Source: Octopus bimaculoides
Lineage: Eukaryota
Direction: 5' to 3'
Length of the DNA stretch: 56,866 bases
Assembly (NCBI RefSeq): GCF_001194135.2
Contig: NC_068982.1
Coordinates: 165,098,617-165,155,482, forward strand
Positions within the stretch are counted from its first letter, which is position 1. Each line of letters starts with the position of its first letter. A model generated the notes under the pieces. The model was not told where the DNA came from. It searched no databases and saw nothing but the letters and a program-made list of their open reading frames with translations. Made by a program: the position numbers and the translations under genes. Positions 1-13,090 of this stretch are shown here, in pieces.

Positions 1-1
1 G

Positions 2-240
2 GCTAGCACTAGTCTTAGCAAATACATCTGGGGTCTTAAGGAAAGTAATAAACAGTATTCATTAGAATGGTCTATAATAGCTAGATCAATGCCATATGAG
101 AGAGGAAGAAAGTATTGTTCGCTCTGTACCGTGTAACTATACCACATACTCTTCTCTAAGGATAAATTGATTAATAAAGTAAAGAATAATGCTCTGAAAT
201 GTACGCATATCATAAGAAGTACATTTCGTTGGTATAAATG
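2..240 (+). mobile_element. Penelope-like element (Naiad-type), C-terminal part of GIY-YIG endonuclease, decayed
   Basis: The frame from nt 2 reads ASTSLSKYIWGLKESNKQYSLEWSIIARSMPYERGRKYCSLCTV*LYHILFSKDKLINKVKNNALKCTH. This matches the T.LS.YIW.LK...W.I...Y...C.LC..EK...LLNK..E...C.H tail of this PLE group, with one in-frame TAA. Confidence 0.8.
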
Positions 241-321
241 ATCTTAAGATGTGATGAAGTACAGCATGATGTCTCATGTATGTTTGTGTATGTGCAATTA
301 TGCATATATTGATGAGTGCAT

Positions 322-387
322 ATAAGTGTGTGTGTGTGTATATATGAAAGATATTCATATATATGTACATATATATATGTGTGTGTA

Positions 388-433
<46 letters not shown>

Positions 434-600
434 TATGTGTATGTATATGTATGTATATGTACATGTGTATATATATGTGAATGAATGTGTATGTGTGTTG
501 TATTTGTATGTATGTATATATGTGTGTGTGTGTATGTATATATGGATAAGTATACAGGTAAAGTGTATGTATGCATATGTATACGGGTAAAGGAACGGGT
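322..600. repeat. Compound (TG)n/(TA)n/(ATGT)n microsatellite
   Basis: Directly visible; it produces the spurious YI/HT/CV ORFs in the ORF track. Confidence 0.95.
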
Positions 601-786
601 AATATAGTATAGTAAAGAGAAATAAACAAAATAATTAATTAATCTAGTGGAAATCCACAGGAGAGCAATAAAAATAGAAAATTAAGGAATTATTTCCCCT
701 ATAATAACAGAGATGAAATCTAATGAGATTCTAAGGATTTAATAATAGTTATGTATGTGTTCTTTCGTGTTTTGTTCGAATGGTAA

Positions 787-870
787 CCACTTCTGAAGAA
801 GTGCCAAATGTCTAAATCCAATGGACCAGTCACTGGATAAGTTTGGCACAGAAATGTTAACATAGAGTGG
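787..870 (+). ncRNA. Type I hammerhead ribozyme in a putative PLE pLTR
   Basis: Helix I CCACTT(787-792)/GAGTGG(865-870); core CTGAAGA(793-799); helix II GTGCCAAA(801-808)/TTTGGCAC(842-849); GAAA(851-854); palindromic helix III ATGTTAACAT(854-863); AUA cleavage triplet ending at 864. A800 and A850 form a mismatch at the base of helix II. Confidence 0.72.
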
Positions 871-934
871 TGAATAAATCGATATATCGAAGTTGAAGTC
901 TCTGTCTCTTTTGAATATGAAAATTTAAAAGTTA

Positions 935-940
935 AAAACC

Positions 941-987
<47 letters not shown>

Positions 988-1944
988 ATACATGCATATA
1001 TTAGGGTAAGAATGTATGCTATATATACATATATACAGGTGAGTGGGCAGACGAAACAAAAAGGCACTCAACACGTTTTTTTATTTTTTTCTTTAGTTAA
1101 TCCTTCAAGTTTCATAAGCCTGAAACGGAACCTGTCTCCTCAGGCCGGTAGAATAAACGAATGAAGGAAGTGTTCCAGGAAGTGAAAGATGGCTACCAGA
1201 TTGTGGACTGTTGTTATTCAAGGATGTGATGTTACGGCGGGTGATGTCGCTTGGTAAACGACGGCATTTCCATGAGAATGGAGAGTTACTACGACCCCGT
1301 GGTTGGACCTGAAACTAGTGGCGTCAGTGTGTCTGGATACGGTATTTGTGTGGCCGGTTGGAGCATAAGTTTTGTGTGCGTATGTACGCATGCGCATGTG
1401 GGTATACGTGTGCGCCTATATGTATGCATAAGTTTATGCACGTTTGTGTGCGCGCGAATGTGCGTGCGCGTGTATACGTGTATGTATGTGTGCGTACGTG
1501 TATATGCATGTACGTATGTCTGTGCATGTGTAAATATGTGTGTATGTGTGTATATGTGCATGTATATGTGTGTTTGTTTATATATGTATACCCGCGTACA
1601 TATGAATGTACGAGGAATGCGGATTTGGGGGTGAGTTGCCGTGGTGTGTGTGGTAATTATTTATACGTGCGGTATGTGTATACATGTACGTATCAAGTAT
1701 GTGTATATATATATACAGTTATAGTATATTCTGTTAAGAACGCATTAGAGTACAGTATAAAGTTCATCCACCTTAAGATTTCACCCTGCGCTATCCAGTA
1801 GAAGTATTATATTCCAGATTTGCGTTTGGGCTCCTGTCGTGTGTGAATAGATAATTGGAAACATTTTGCAGTCAACAAGGAGTACGATTGAACATTTATT
1901 TTCAATAAATGTCCAACCGGACTCCAAGTTTTTCAGTTGTATGT

Positions 1945-2014
<70 letters not shown>

Positions 2015-2226
2015 TAGTTGTAAAATAAAAGGAGCAATTTCTATTATCCCCACGTGGCGAGCAATATATATAAGAAATTAAAAAAGGAAAATACACACAC
2101 TTTACAAAGTTTTAATATATTTTTTTATATATCGACCGGTTTGCTTTCGTAATTCATGATATTATGGTTTAATTATTTGAATATGTATTTTCTTAAGAAG
2201 AATTTTTGTCCATATTCTGTGTGATG

Positions 2227-2258
<32 letters not shown>

Positions 2259-2305
2259 GGGTGTATAAGTGCGCGCGCGTGGGTGCATGTGTGTGTGTGA
2301 GAGAC
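935..2305. repeat. Cluster of (TA)n, degenerate (TG)n and pure (TG)n microsatellites (935-1035, 1370-1710, 1940-2012, 2226-2305)
   Basis: Directly visible dinucleotide runs separated by unique or GC-richer segments. Confidence 0.9.
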
Positions 2306-2627
2306 ACAGTGTATACGTGTACTTGCGTACAAATGCATATACGATGAGTGTGGCTTTGCGGGTGGACTCGTATGGCTGGTACAGTATTTGTGCGCTGGGA
2401 GTTTGTGCGTGGGAGTGGGACATGCACGTAAATGTTTGCGTGTGTGCTTATATGTAGTTGCTTATGCATGTTCGACCCGTATATGGAGACGGAATTAAGG
2501 TTCTGGAAGGTGCACAAGTCGATGGGAGCCAGACTACCCAGACGCTGGTGGCTGTTGGTTGATGACCCTGCTCTCGGAGGTTGGTGATGCTATTCCCGGT
2601 GCATCCAGTACGTGGGAGCAGCTGATG

Positions 2628-2990
2628 CTAAGGTGGCTTGTCCGGGTTGACAGTGACAAGTGGTTTGAAGTTTACCAGAAGGGCATCCCTCTGATGACAG
2701 CAATAAGACAGTTCGTATTTCCTGATGATGGATACCGCAGGTTGGTAGAGATTGTGTGGTCCTTCGTGGAGACAGAGCTGGCAATTACGGACGCCTGATG
2801 AACCAGGTGCTCTGTCAACGATGGTCCTTTTGGTGCTGGGCGTTTCATTTCGGCGGTCACAGTCTGAAGGGGAAGCAAGGCAGAGAAGTAGAATGAATTT
2901 TCTCTGTAAGGGTAGCAAATGAGGAATAGGAAGGTACACATGTATTCAATGTCCGATGATTTGACACTCCTCAGAACCACAACTACAAGT
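2628..2990 (-). mobile_element. Penelope-like element (Naiad-type) endonuclease remnant, internally deleted
   Basis: The minus strand gives CSCGSEECQIIGH* (Cys motif preceding the EN), then ...TIVDRAPGSSGVRNCQLCLHE...IRKYELSYCCHQRDALLVNFK (EN tail). The VVY/YIG core is missing. Confidence 0.68.
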
Positions 2991-3608
2991 CATGACCGCC
3001 AGTCTCACTACAAATCGCTCAAATGTTGACATTCAAAACAACATGGAAAATACTTAATTGCCGATTATTCATAAAGCAGAGCAGTAACAAGCTGCCTAGA
3101 TGCCTTGTCTCGGGAAGTCATTCTTTAACCTGCGTATCTAAGCAGTAACATTCCTCAATATCGAAGCTCATACTATGATGTGGAGAAAAAACATGTATAG
3201 ATTGTAAATGTCTTCATCCTCATCACTTTTCGCTATCTCCGGCTGCGACGGATAGTTCTCCATAGTTTGACCCATGGCTGTTGAGAGTGTGTGTTGGTTT
3301 TGGAGTAATTAAGGTGTGACTCCATTCTCCCCACAACTACAGAAATCCCGACTGAAGCTTGGCCACAGGATGCAGTTTAATGTCATACCCAGGACAATGT
3401 AGCTCTCCTACGGCGTCAGAAAACCGTATGACCCGATTTAACAATCGAATTTGGACTATATTACATATTTTAAAGAGAAGGCATTATCAAATGGCATAGT
3501 AACAGCTCCGTACAATTTACTTGAATAATTTCACTATATAACTAAATTTGACACACAAACCATACACAAAAACTAAGCAATTGAATCTCTTGTCAAAATG
3601 CACAGCTT

Positions 3609-3609
3609 A

Positions 3610-3667
<58 letters not shown>

Positions 3668-4329
3668 AACACGTGTATATGTGTGTGTGTGTGTGTGTGC
3701 GTTTATATATATATATATATTTATATACGTGTGTATATGTACATGTACATATATATACATGGTTGATGGTTGTATATATATATATATATACATATATGCA
3801 TACATGTGTGTGTGTGTGTGTGTGTGTGTGCCTAAATATTTATATATATATATACATAGTCCATGTTATGTACTGAAATATGTTTCTCCACCCTCCACTT
3901 TCAGCAGCGAAAATATTCTCGCGCTCAAAAATATTTGCACAAATGTGCAAGATAAAGTGAAGTGCGTTTCAGGTACACATGTATATGCAGAATATAAATA
4001 TGTCTTATATAAATATATATATATATAATGTATACATAAGGTGAAAAATTATATTAAATATTACGCAGTAAATTTCACATTGTATCTAGAATTGGTTAAT
4101 TTAATTACCGTTGAACAAATATATCCATAAGAAGTAGTAATTTATGTATTATTAAATAAAACTTTAAGGTAACGCAGTATCTTTCATATATAAATACTTT
4201 GCAATGAATTTTCATGAAATAATTCATTCAAAGCTTTACTACGTTCTTTCTTCATATGTTGGGAAATACATTTATTACATGAGTCCCATTGATAAATATG
4301 TGCAAACTTGGTTCTTATATACATACACT

Positions 4330-4375
<46 letters not shown>

Positions 4376-4380
4376 TATAC
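3609..4380. repeat. (ATCT)n, (TG)n, (TA)n and (CA)n microsatellites (3609-3860, 4322-4380)
   Basis: Directly visible. Confidence 0.9.
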
Positions 4381-7300
4381 AGACATTTACATTGCCTGTG
4401 TAAGTCAATATATTTGCATGTATTTCTATGTGCCGGTAGTTGTGTGCTTATTGGTTTCTTTATATTTATCAGCAAATGCTACTCATAATTATTATCATTT
4501 TTTTTTCTTTTGCTGATGAAATCAATTCAGATTTGCATATATATGACGTAATGTTAGGCCTATGGATTTTAATATTTCAATGTATGTATGTCAGTATTTT
4601 TTTTTTGTTTTTTGTTTCGTATTTCCACTTTGTTATTTCAGACAGCAATTAAGTTATATATCCTATAGAACAATAATCCACATATGAAGCTGTATCTTAC
4701 AAAACAAGCAAAAACAATCTCTCGATTCTAAGTTACATGTACACACACAGACACACATACGCATACATATATAAATATACTTCCATATATAAGAGTGTAT
4801 GCTAGTGCGTATGCTAGTGCGCATGCTAGTTCGTATGCTGGTATGTACTTCATTGTGTGCATATACGTATGAAAATTTCATTTTCAATTTTTTTCTCATT
4901 TTCAATCAATTTCAATTTTGTTGAATTGCTTAGTAAAGGAAATTTACAAATGAAATGCTTTTCTGATAACATTTTAATATCTGAAATTTTTATTTCGCTT
5001 ATTTATATATTCTCGTTTTTTTTTGTGGGGAGCAGTTTTTATTTCTAAATTTTATTAATTATTTTGGTATATATTTATTACATTTTCCCTTTTTGTGATT
5101 TTTGTTATTATCAAACTAAATCATGTTCTGCATCTATTGCTTTCATTGACAACAAATTAGTTTGGATAGCACTGGGAAATAAAAATTGATTAAAAGCCAC
5201 TTCTATTTTGATGCAATATGTACGTGCAGATTACCAACAAGCGAATCAACTAGATTATATTGATTTCTTACTCCGACAGAACATGTCAGTTTTCTGCAGA
5301 GAACGAAGTATGATGTTGTGTTGTTCATTATTCCCCAAAGAGATTTATGTTGTAATCGTATGCAATTGCACTTTCTGTTGTAAATGTGAGATTTTTGTAT
5401 TTTAAAAATCATTTTTACAGGGATGCAATGGGCAAGTAGCACTCGATTTCATCAAACCTAAGTGCAATGAATACACAATATTTTGAAGTCATATCAGCGT
5501 GAATCCACATTAATATTCTTGGTATTTAAAGAATAAGCACGGATAGTCTACATACCATCAAGTGGTGCTAAGTTAGACATTGCCACGGCAAATCTTTGGT
5601 CGAAATATATCTAAGTTGTCTAAGTTACCTTTCATTAACAGTGAACATCATTATGTTGCAGAACCTAAATTTCCCAATTATTTCTTTCCTAAACTACGAA
5701 ATATTACAAGTTCCCAAATTAAAATAACAATTGTCATTTCAAATTTATATATTTGAACATCATCCACATTCCCCTAATTTATATGCCAGAATTTCGGATA
5801 GTTTTCCTCCCAGTTTCTTTTACTAGAGTTCAATATTTAAATGGTTACTGCTTAATGTGCAATAAAGCAACAAATTTATGTGAGGTTAATTCCATAGTGT
5901 TGCAAATGTAAGAACTTCGCTGGACTCGAAAATGAAAATAATATCATCAGCAGAGATAATGTGTCATGTAACTTCATCTATGTTAGTATAAATGCTATCT
6001 CAAATATCATACGAAGACTACTTGATTACATGCCCAATAAAAATAAACTGAATGTAAAATTAAAAATTAATTGTAGATTCCAAAGTAAATACATTAGTTT
6101 TGATCTGATGACTAGATACAGAAAGCACGCCTTCGTACATGAATAGATGCCGTAGGCTTAGCTGCAACATTTACCCCTTATAGCATTGCTATCCTTTGCC
6201 TTCTTTCTTTAAGCGTCTCCTTCTAACACGCCATTCAGTAATTTGCCCCTACATCTGGACCACTTAACATATCATGTTTCTTCTTCGTTCAGGAAAAAGA
6301 ATTCCTCGCACAGAAGTAACTAATGAACTCAATATTCATTTCTCCCACTGGGTCATTAAATGAAAGGTTTCCAGTTACTTTGGCTCAAAAACTATTTTGC
6401 AGAAATCCATACATTTTTACATTAAGAGTACAACTCAGAAAACACATTCAAACACCACTAGCGTTTCCTCAATATTGCTTCCTACATTGAGTATATGTTC
6501 ATGGAATACATGTACTATAACTCTCATTTTTCTAAACCAATAATCCACGAGAATTTGAATTCGAGGAGCTCGTTTTAGCTCATTCGATCCACACATCTTC
6601 AAATGTATCTAACAGTTGAATTATACCATATATATATCCCACGTCGCTCAATTGTTTCAAAAGCTTCTCTCAAAAACACAACGTGCTATCTAAAACAAAA
6701 GGCACACACTGTATAGAGCTATCCTGAATCGAATATTCCAATAAGAAAGTGAATACTAACGAACGATACAAAGGTGGAATAACAACTGATATTAAACACT
6801 CTATACAGTACTTCATCATATTACATTTTATCACACAACCAAACAATAATAAACTAATTTCTTTTGTTGCATGACTATGGGATGTATTTTATAAGTATTC
6901 GAATCGACTGCTTGTGAAGATTTTGCTTGTGAAGATTTTGATTATTAAGAACAAATAATTCTGCAGATATATGTGTATTTGTACAACTGCGTATGTATGT
7001 GTGCGTGTGTGTGCTTGAATAAACATACGCGCATTTGTAATTATAAGAATAACAAAGAAAATTTGAATCACACTCATGATTTTTTGTTCCCAACGGAGAA
7101 GACTTTTTATTTTTAAATGTAGTCATAGGGTAGGTGATATGATTATGGAGTTCATCCAAAACGTTAAAGTTTCCCTCCGACATTTTAGCTCTTAATATTT
7201 ACTGGAGAACAATATTATAAAGTGTGTAATTTGTTTCGAAAGAAATAAAATGGATAGGCTTGAGATATCTCAAAAAATCAGTGTGTGTAGATTATGGTGT

Positions 7301-7744
7301 TAATATCATTCTGTCTATTCGAAAGCCAATTTTAACGATTGAAATCTGTTCCTAGTATTTATTTTAACTTTTTAACTGTCCAACTTTTTTATCTAATACT
7401 TCCTTTGATTATGCAAAACATATATCTGTAATGTATGCAATTAAATCTTGGATATTAACACTGCTGGCCTTTTGCAATATTTCGTCACAAACTGTATTCC
7501 AGACCCCATTCTGCTTTACATGGTACATTAAAATGTTTTTAGATGTTTCTCTTTTACAAGATGTACCTGGTCATAATATATTTATTCTCGTTGTCGTCAA
7601 GTTTATAGCTACTTTTCCTTATTTGATCTATCTGTTTTGCCTCGTTATTCACAATTATCCCCTTGCTTTTTTTACATTGATGTCTGGTTAAAACATGCTT
7701 GAAAGGAAACCGACTAAAAACCGCATATTCCGTTGTAGAGAATG

Positions 7745-7779
<35 letters not shown>

Positions 7780-7913
7780 NNNNNNNNNNNNNNNNNNNNN
7801 NNNNNNNNNNNNNNNNNNNNNNNNNNNNNNNNNNNNNNNNNNNNNNNNNNNNNNNNNNNNNNNNNNNNNNNNNNNNNNNNNNNNNNNNNNNNNNNNNNNN
7901 NNNNNNNNNNNNN
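7780..7913. other. Assembly gap (N run); other gaps at 23629-24440, 38439-39214, 39641-40070, 51468-51525, 53301-53703, 54847-55190
   Basis: N runs, almost all abutting (TA)n or (GA)n tracts. Confidence 0.99.
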
Positions 7914-10887
7914 TTACGCACCTTGTACAATCACTTATTTGTAATTCACTAACATTCATTTGATGTGCAAAGCTTAGAGACAGTTTCGTAGCCCGATATT
8001 TTTCTTCTTGAAGAAACTATAAAACTTGTACTTTAATTAAACCATAAAGTTGTGGGTAGAAATTTAATATTATTTAGGAGTTCAGAAAGTCAAACACAAT
8101 TATATGACGTCATAACTGTGCGAAAATCTTGATTAGATTTTAGTGATGATGTATATTGTGATGATGTATACAGTGCTGAGTGTATGATTTTGAACATGTT
8201 TTATGTATGAGTGCACTTATGTGAGATAAATAAAGATATAGAAGTTGTGATTCTTAGAGAGAGAGACAGATAATAATGTAATATATTATATGTTGTTTGT
8301 AAGTCTCCGGAAACGGTTATCTAAGTTAGTCAGAAGAACAGTTATCAGCTACAGGAACTAAATTAAGTATTTAAGAATCAATATTGGAGGCTACAAGTTG
8401 AAAAATGATATTTATTCAAACAATGTTCCATTACAACACTAGAGGAAGCTCTATTTCTGACCAAAGTAGACAACCAGAGCTCACTTTTCAATGGAAAATT
8501 CTAACGTTGTTCACATCGGGAATATGCTTATATTTTCTCGTTTAATCTGTTTTGATAAAATATTTCATTTAATATCACTGAATGAGGAATATTTATATTC
8601 CATGTTATCATATTTGATGCATATTTCTTGTAATTCTAATGAAAATATTGACCCATATTCATTCTCATATACGCAGTAGTTGCAAAGATTAACTGAATAG
8701 ATTACTTAGCTGAAGCGTTGAAAGAAAACTGTAAGTGACGTCATTATGAGACGTTAAGACACTGTTTTGTGACCTGTACCAGGAAATTGAACCGATACTC
8801 GATTAATGTAGGAGTATGATGGCTACTCGGTAAAGATATACCGCCAGAAGTTTTCTATAAAATACAGTGCAGATGTTGTCATGCAGACGATTGTTGCACT
8901 TGGTTGTTTAGGCAATGTGCTAAAGATGTAGTGAAATGAAGATATATAAAAGAATATTCTGACATTACAGCTAGTAATCAAGCCTGTCCAAAGTAGGGAA
9001 TTAAATATGCTCTTGCTATTTATCTGATTGCTAAACAAAAATGACATTGCGGGGCAAATGGTGCTGCTAATTGAATTGTCATTGTACTTTATAATGAAGG
9101 GTAGATGGTCTAATAAAATAAGAGTTGTAATTACAGAAGGAAGGCTAGATGGTATTGCTGTATGCCAAGCGTCATTGATGAAAAATATGTAAAAACCATT
9201 TATTTGATTGCTTTATGATTCTGATTTTTATTTCAACATAACTAACTAAAACTGCATCTGTCCGAATCAAGTAACATCGTATGTGTAAGATTTATAATAG
9301 ACTATGACGCACACTCCTTATAAACTGTAACAATACAAAATTCTTATAATTATATGCATTTGAGTAATTACGTTTGCGATGGCTGACAAAGTAATCGCTT
9401 GACTGTAAGAGTGTAAGAGGTGAAATACCACCTAAGTGTGGCATTTGCAAGATTCTTAACCTAAATTTTGGAGTGTGAAAAGGCGTAGTTTTCATGCCAT
9501 TGACATTCGTAAGGAGTGTAATCGCCGTTTGGTGAATAAAGTTCCCCGTTCAATCTCTATACTCCGATGAAGTCCATACATGGGTTGATTAGCCAGGTGA
9601 TTCATAGAGACGATTAAATGTTATATTGATGTCAAGTGGAACCATATTCATTTCGTTAAATTTCTATAAAGTTTACGGAAGCGTTACTAATAATTGCTGC
9701 TACAGGTGAGGGAGAAGACAAACATTGAAGATATTGTTAACCTTGTGGTCCACAAATTTAGAGTAATTAATATGCTATCTTCAGAGCATATGGTCTAGTT
9801 TCGAAATTATCGTAATTCTTTAATACATTGGGTGAGATGAAAAGGTTATTGTCGCTTTATCGCTTTCATATGTCCGTATGTGTGCATTTATTCTGACGAT
9901 GTATCTGTGACAAATATAGAATACTTAGACACAGTATTCGGGCTTTCGGTGCCATAATATGTGCAGAGGATTCAATATATTTGCTAGGAATTCGCTTGGC
10001 TTTCATCCAGAAAATCACATTTAATTTCTCAGATCATGAGCTAGGTGTTATTTTTACTATAGTAGTCTATAGTGTAGCAGGGGTTAGTAGTAACTGATAA
10101 AATAGAGGAATTTTTGCAAGCGTTAATAGGAAGTAAACTTTTCCTACACTGCTGCCGAACTTTTAATGTATTTAGGTTTATAGTGTTTAATGTATTTGTG
10201 TTTATACGCGAGCTGTTTAATGTATTTGGGTTTATAGTAAGAAATATGAAATGGCACATCTAATAGGGCAGTTTCGTTCACCTGTCCTACTCTCAGGTTT
10301 TGGAACAAGGAAAAGGCACATTTACTTCTAATGATCACGTAAAACGGTCTGGTTACCGTCTAATTAGTTGGCTAGGAGTTTAATTATATGAATGCGTAGA
10401 AATTATAGTGGGGTTAGGTAAAAATAAAAGTTACACGGGGATAACAGTTATAAGTAATGATCCCTTTAAGCAATTCTTTTTATTTTACACTCATTCATCA
10501 CAGTAACCTTATATCGACACAGGTGATGTATAATAAATGTTCGTACCCGAAGTTTTAAAAAAAGACACGGTTAAATATCAATAAGGATACATATGATCAC
10601 ATCAACCCTTAATCATAATAGTTTATATTGGGTGAATACACATGAATGTTTCCGTAATAACCGAATCACAAATTGGGTTTTAATAATTTTCTCAGTATCA
10701 TGTATGATTTTAATTTAATGAAGGTGCATTACTATTTTAAAAAATTTAAGTTTTACGTTTTGTTGATTTTATATGCTTCGCGCGAACTATTGGTGGAAGA
10801 ATGATCATAATATCTGATTCCAACTCAAGCAACTCAGCCCAAATTATTGGTTCAGTGACGATACTTGTGTGAAATTTCCAATAGTGG

Positions 10888-10941
<54 letters not shown>

Positions 10942-11189
10942 GTATGTATATATATGTATGTATGTATGTACGTATGTATGTATGTATGTGTGTGTGTGTA
11001 GTTTCAATGTTTACAAATAGCACGGAAAAAGTAAACAAATAGTTAGCAGGTAGCAAAAGTTCACACGAGTACCAAGGATGTAACAGCCTACTTATAAAGG
11101 TAGAAACTCCAGGTTTTGGTGAAATGGTTTTGCATTTATACATAAATAAATAAATGGAGTTGAACGCAGGTGTTATTTAAATCTTTTTA

Positions 11190-11278
11190 CTTCCGACATA
11201 TGTTTCGAACAAAACATTGGTATACGTTCCAGGAGGAATAAAATGGCGTAAAACAATGCAATCTTCACATCAGGAAAA
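11190..11278 (-). ncRNA. Degenerate type I hammerhead-like motif with long helix II
   Basis: The minus strand reads TTTTC-CTGATGT-GAA...(long imperfect hairpin: CATTG/CAATG, TACG/CGTA, CCA/TGG)...TTC-GAAAC-ATAT-GTC-GGAAG. It has a palindromic ACATATGT helix III and a GUC site. The core has an A9U change. Confidence 0.5.
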
Positions 11279-11529
11279 TAATGAATTGCGAATTCAGATT
11301 GACACTCAACACTCTGTAATGTTCGTTTTGAGTACATTTCTGGCACAGCCAAATACGTCAAGATGTTGTTTATCCTACAAACGGTACCCAGCTGTCCCTA
11401 CTATACTGTGTAGTCGACAAAATCAAAAATAATCAATGCCCATGCGCGAAATTAAAATTATTTAATTATCTCCACTACTTGTCCATGCGCAAAATTAAAA
11501 TTATCTTATTTTCTCCACTACTTCATTAT

Positions 11530-11735
11530 CACCACTACTTTATTATCTCCTCTTCTTTATAGCTCTCCTGTGTGACCTCTCTGTCGAGCATTCGCCATGA
11601 TAGATCGCTAGCCATTATACCTTTTTCTATTTTCTCTCCATGTTTATTTCTGTGTTCCTCCCTGTCGAAGAGCGTAGGCTAGAAACGTAAAAGACTTTCT
11701 CACTTCCCGAGCGTTAAACTAATACACCAGCTTGT
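11530..11735 (+). repeat. Interspersed repeat (pLTR-like), also at 39385-39635 and partially at 18770-18850
   Basis: Shared blocks between copies: CATTCGCCATGATAGATC, GAAGAGYGTAGGYT..AAACGT.AAAGACTTT.TCACTTCCCGAGCGTTA.ACTAAT, and ACCACCTGTCYTCGTC. Confidence 0.75.
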
Positions 11736-12136
11736 TGGGGGGTGGGATTGTCTGTATGTGTGTCTGTGTGGAAAGGCATGTTTATATGCTTTTATGCCTA
11801 TGTATATATATATTCTGGATATTGTAATTATCTTGCTACAAGTTACAGACCGCCGTAATCGTAAGCATATTTAACGACTACTGTAATAATCATCACGTAC
11901 ACGGTATTATTAAAACTGTAACTTATATCAATCCAAACTAAATCGAAAATATATTAGCAATTGTCGAGATACGAACATATTGAATTTTATGAGATAAATT
12001 TCCTAACATACAATAACCTATATTCTAAATTTCTGCAAAGCAATTTACAAGTCTGTACTGCTGACTTCTCTATTATTTCACAGACCGAAATTCCTTATAT
12101 ATATGTATATATATACTTAACATATTTCCGTTACAG

Positions 12137-12248
12137 TCTGAGGATACGATGGCACCTAATACAGTCAATAAACACCCTTCTTCAACGTGTATTAACTGTT
12201 CAGTTAACTTCAGATACTTGAAAAACCATCAGTCTGACAACAATTCCG
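12137..12248 (+). CDS. Candidate exon of an unidentified gene (SEDTMAPNTVNKHPSSTCINCSVNFRYLKNHQSDNNS)
   Basis: Acceptor cttaacatatttccgttacag, donor G|gtaata, only one open frame (phase 0 to 1). No recognised homology. Confidence 0.27.
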
Positions 12249-13090
12249 GTAATACATGAAAACACAATTTTGAATCATTGACTCTGTCCATTTTGTATTT
12301 AAAAGAAAAGAATACCACAATTTCCTGTTGCAGTCTAAGAGTTATTTTAAGAGGAGCCGATGTCCAGTCTAATGTAAAGTGCTTGTTATTTCAAAATTTA
12401 TGAATCTATTTATCAAAATACTTTCCGCCTAATATATCAGGAAAATATCTGTTTTCATTGGTAGCAATTCTACGCATAATATATTAAAATTTACAATATA
12501 TCTGAGTTGTAATGCATAATACGAAAGTTGAGTAATATAAAGAGAACAATAATATTTTGTATACTAATCTCTGTAATGGAAATAAAGAGCTTTTCAAAAC
12601 TTTATATTACTATTACAAAATCGAAGAATCATTATATCATGTCAGTATAGTGTATACTAAACTGGAATTGGCGGCACAAAATTTTAACCGAAAAGGTTAG
12701 TATACTGAGATAACCCACAGTTTGAGTAATTAAACCTATCTTATCACTGGCCTGCAATTTTCCGAAGATAAGATGGTTATGGGAACTGTTGAAAAGATCA
12801 AAACCATTGCCTTCTCTTCAAAATCTCGTCACCTATGTAGGGTATTCACTACTGCATGGTATTAGTTTGAATGGAAAATATTTGTGTAGGCTGAAAACCT
12901 TAAAATGTGACTGCTTAAATCTCTTCAAGATTATCAATTATTTCCTTTATTCGTAAGAAATGTCTGACCGTAACATAAAAACCTGAGAGGAAAATTCCAG
13001 ATAATTGAAAGAATAATAAAAAAAAAGTGTTCCAAATGTATATCTCAATGAATTGAAACATTTTCCAAATATATTATTTCTTGTTTGCAG

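Noticed and set aside
1095-1150. Minus-strand CTGAGGA...GAAAC hammerhead-like motif downstream of the 2628-2990 PLE
   Set aside because: Helix II pairs poorly, there is no NUH triplet, and no helix I partner. At best it is a decayed relic.
137-2100. Many 60-150 aa ORFs rich in YI/HT/CV (here and throughout the window, including ORFs spanning N runs)
   Set aside because: They are translations of dinucleotide microsatellites or gaps, not genes.
2559-2798. Plus-strand 79-aa ORF
   Set aside because: It is the antisense shadow of the PLE endonuclease remnant.
6255-6335. Minus-strand GAAACATGATATGTT-AAGTGG with upstream ACTT-CTGTGCGA
   Set aside because: The core has the wrong length and sequence, and 11 extra nt precede GAAA. 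Probably chance.
8820-8930. IVALGCLGNVL, resembling GPCR TM1
   Set aside because: It is followed immediately by stops, with no TM2 motif or usable splice donor.
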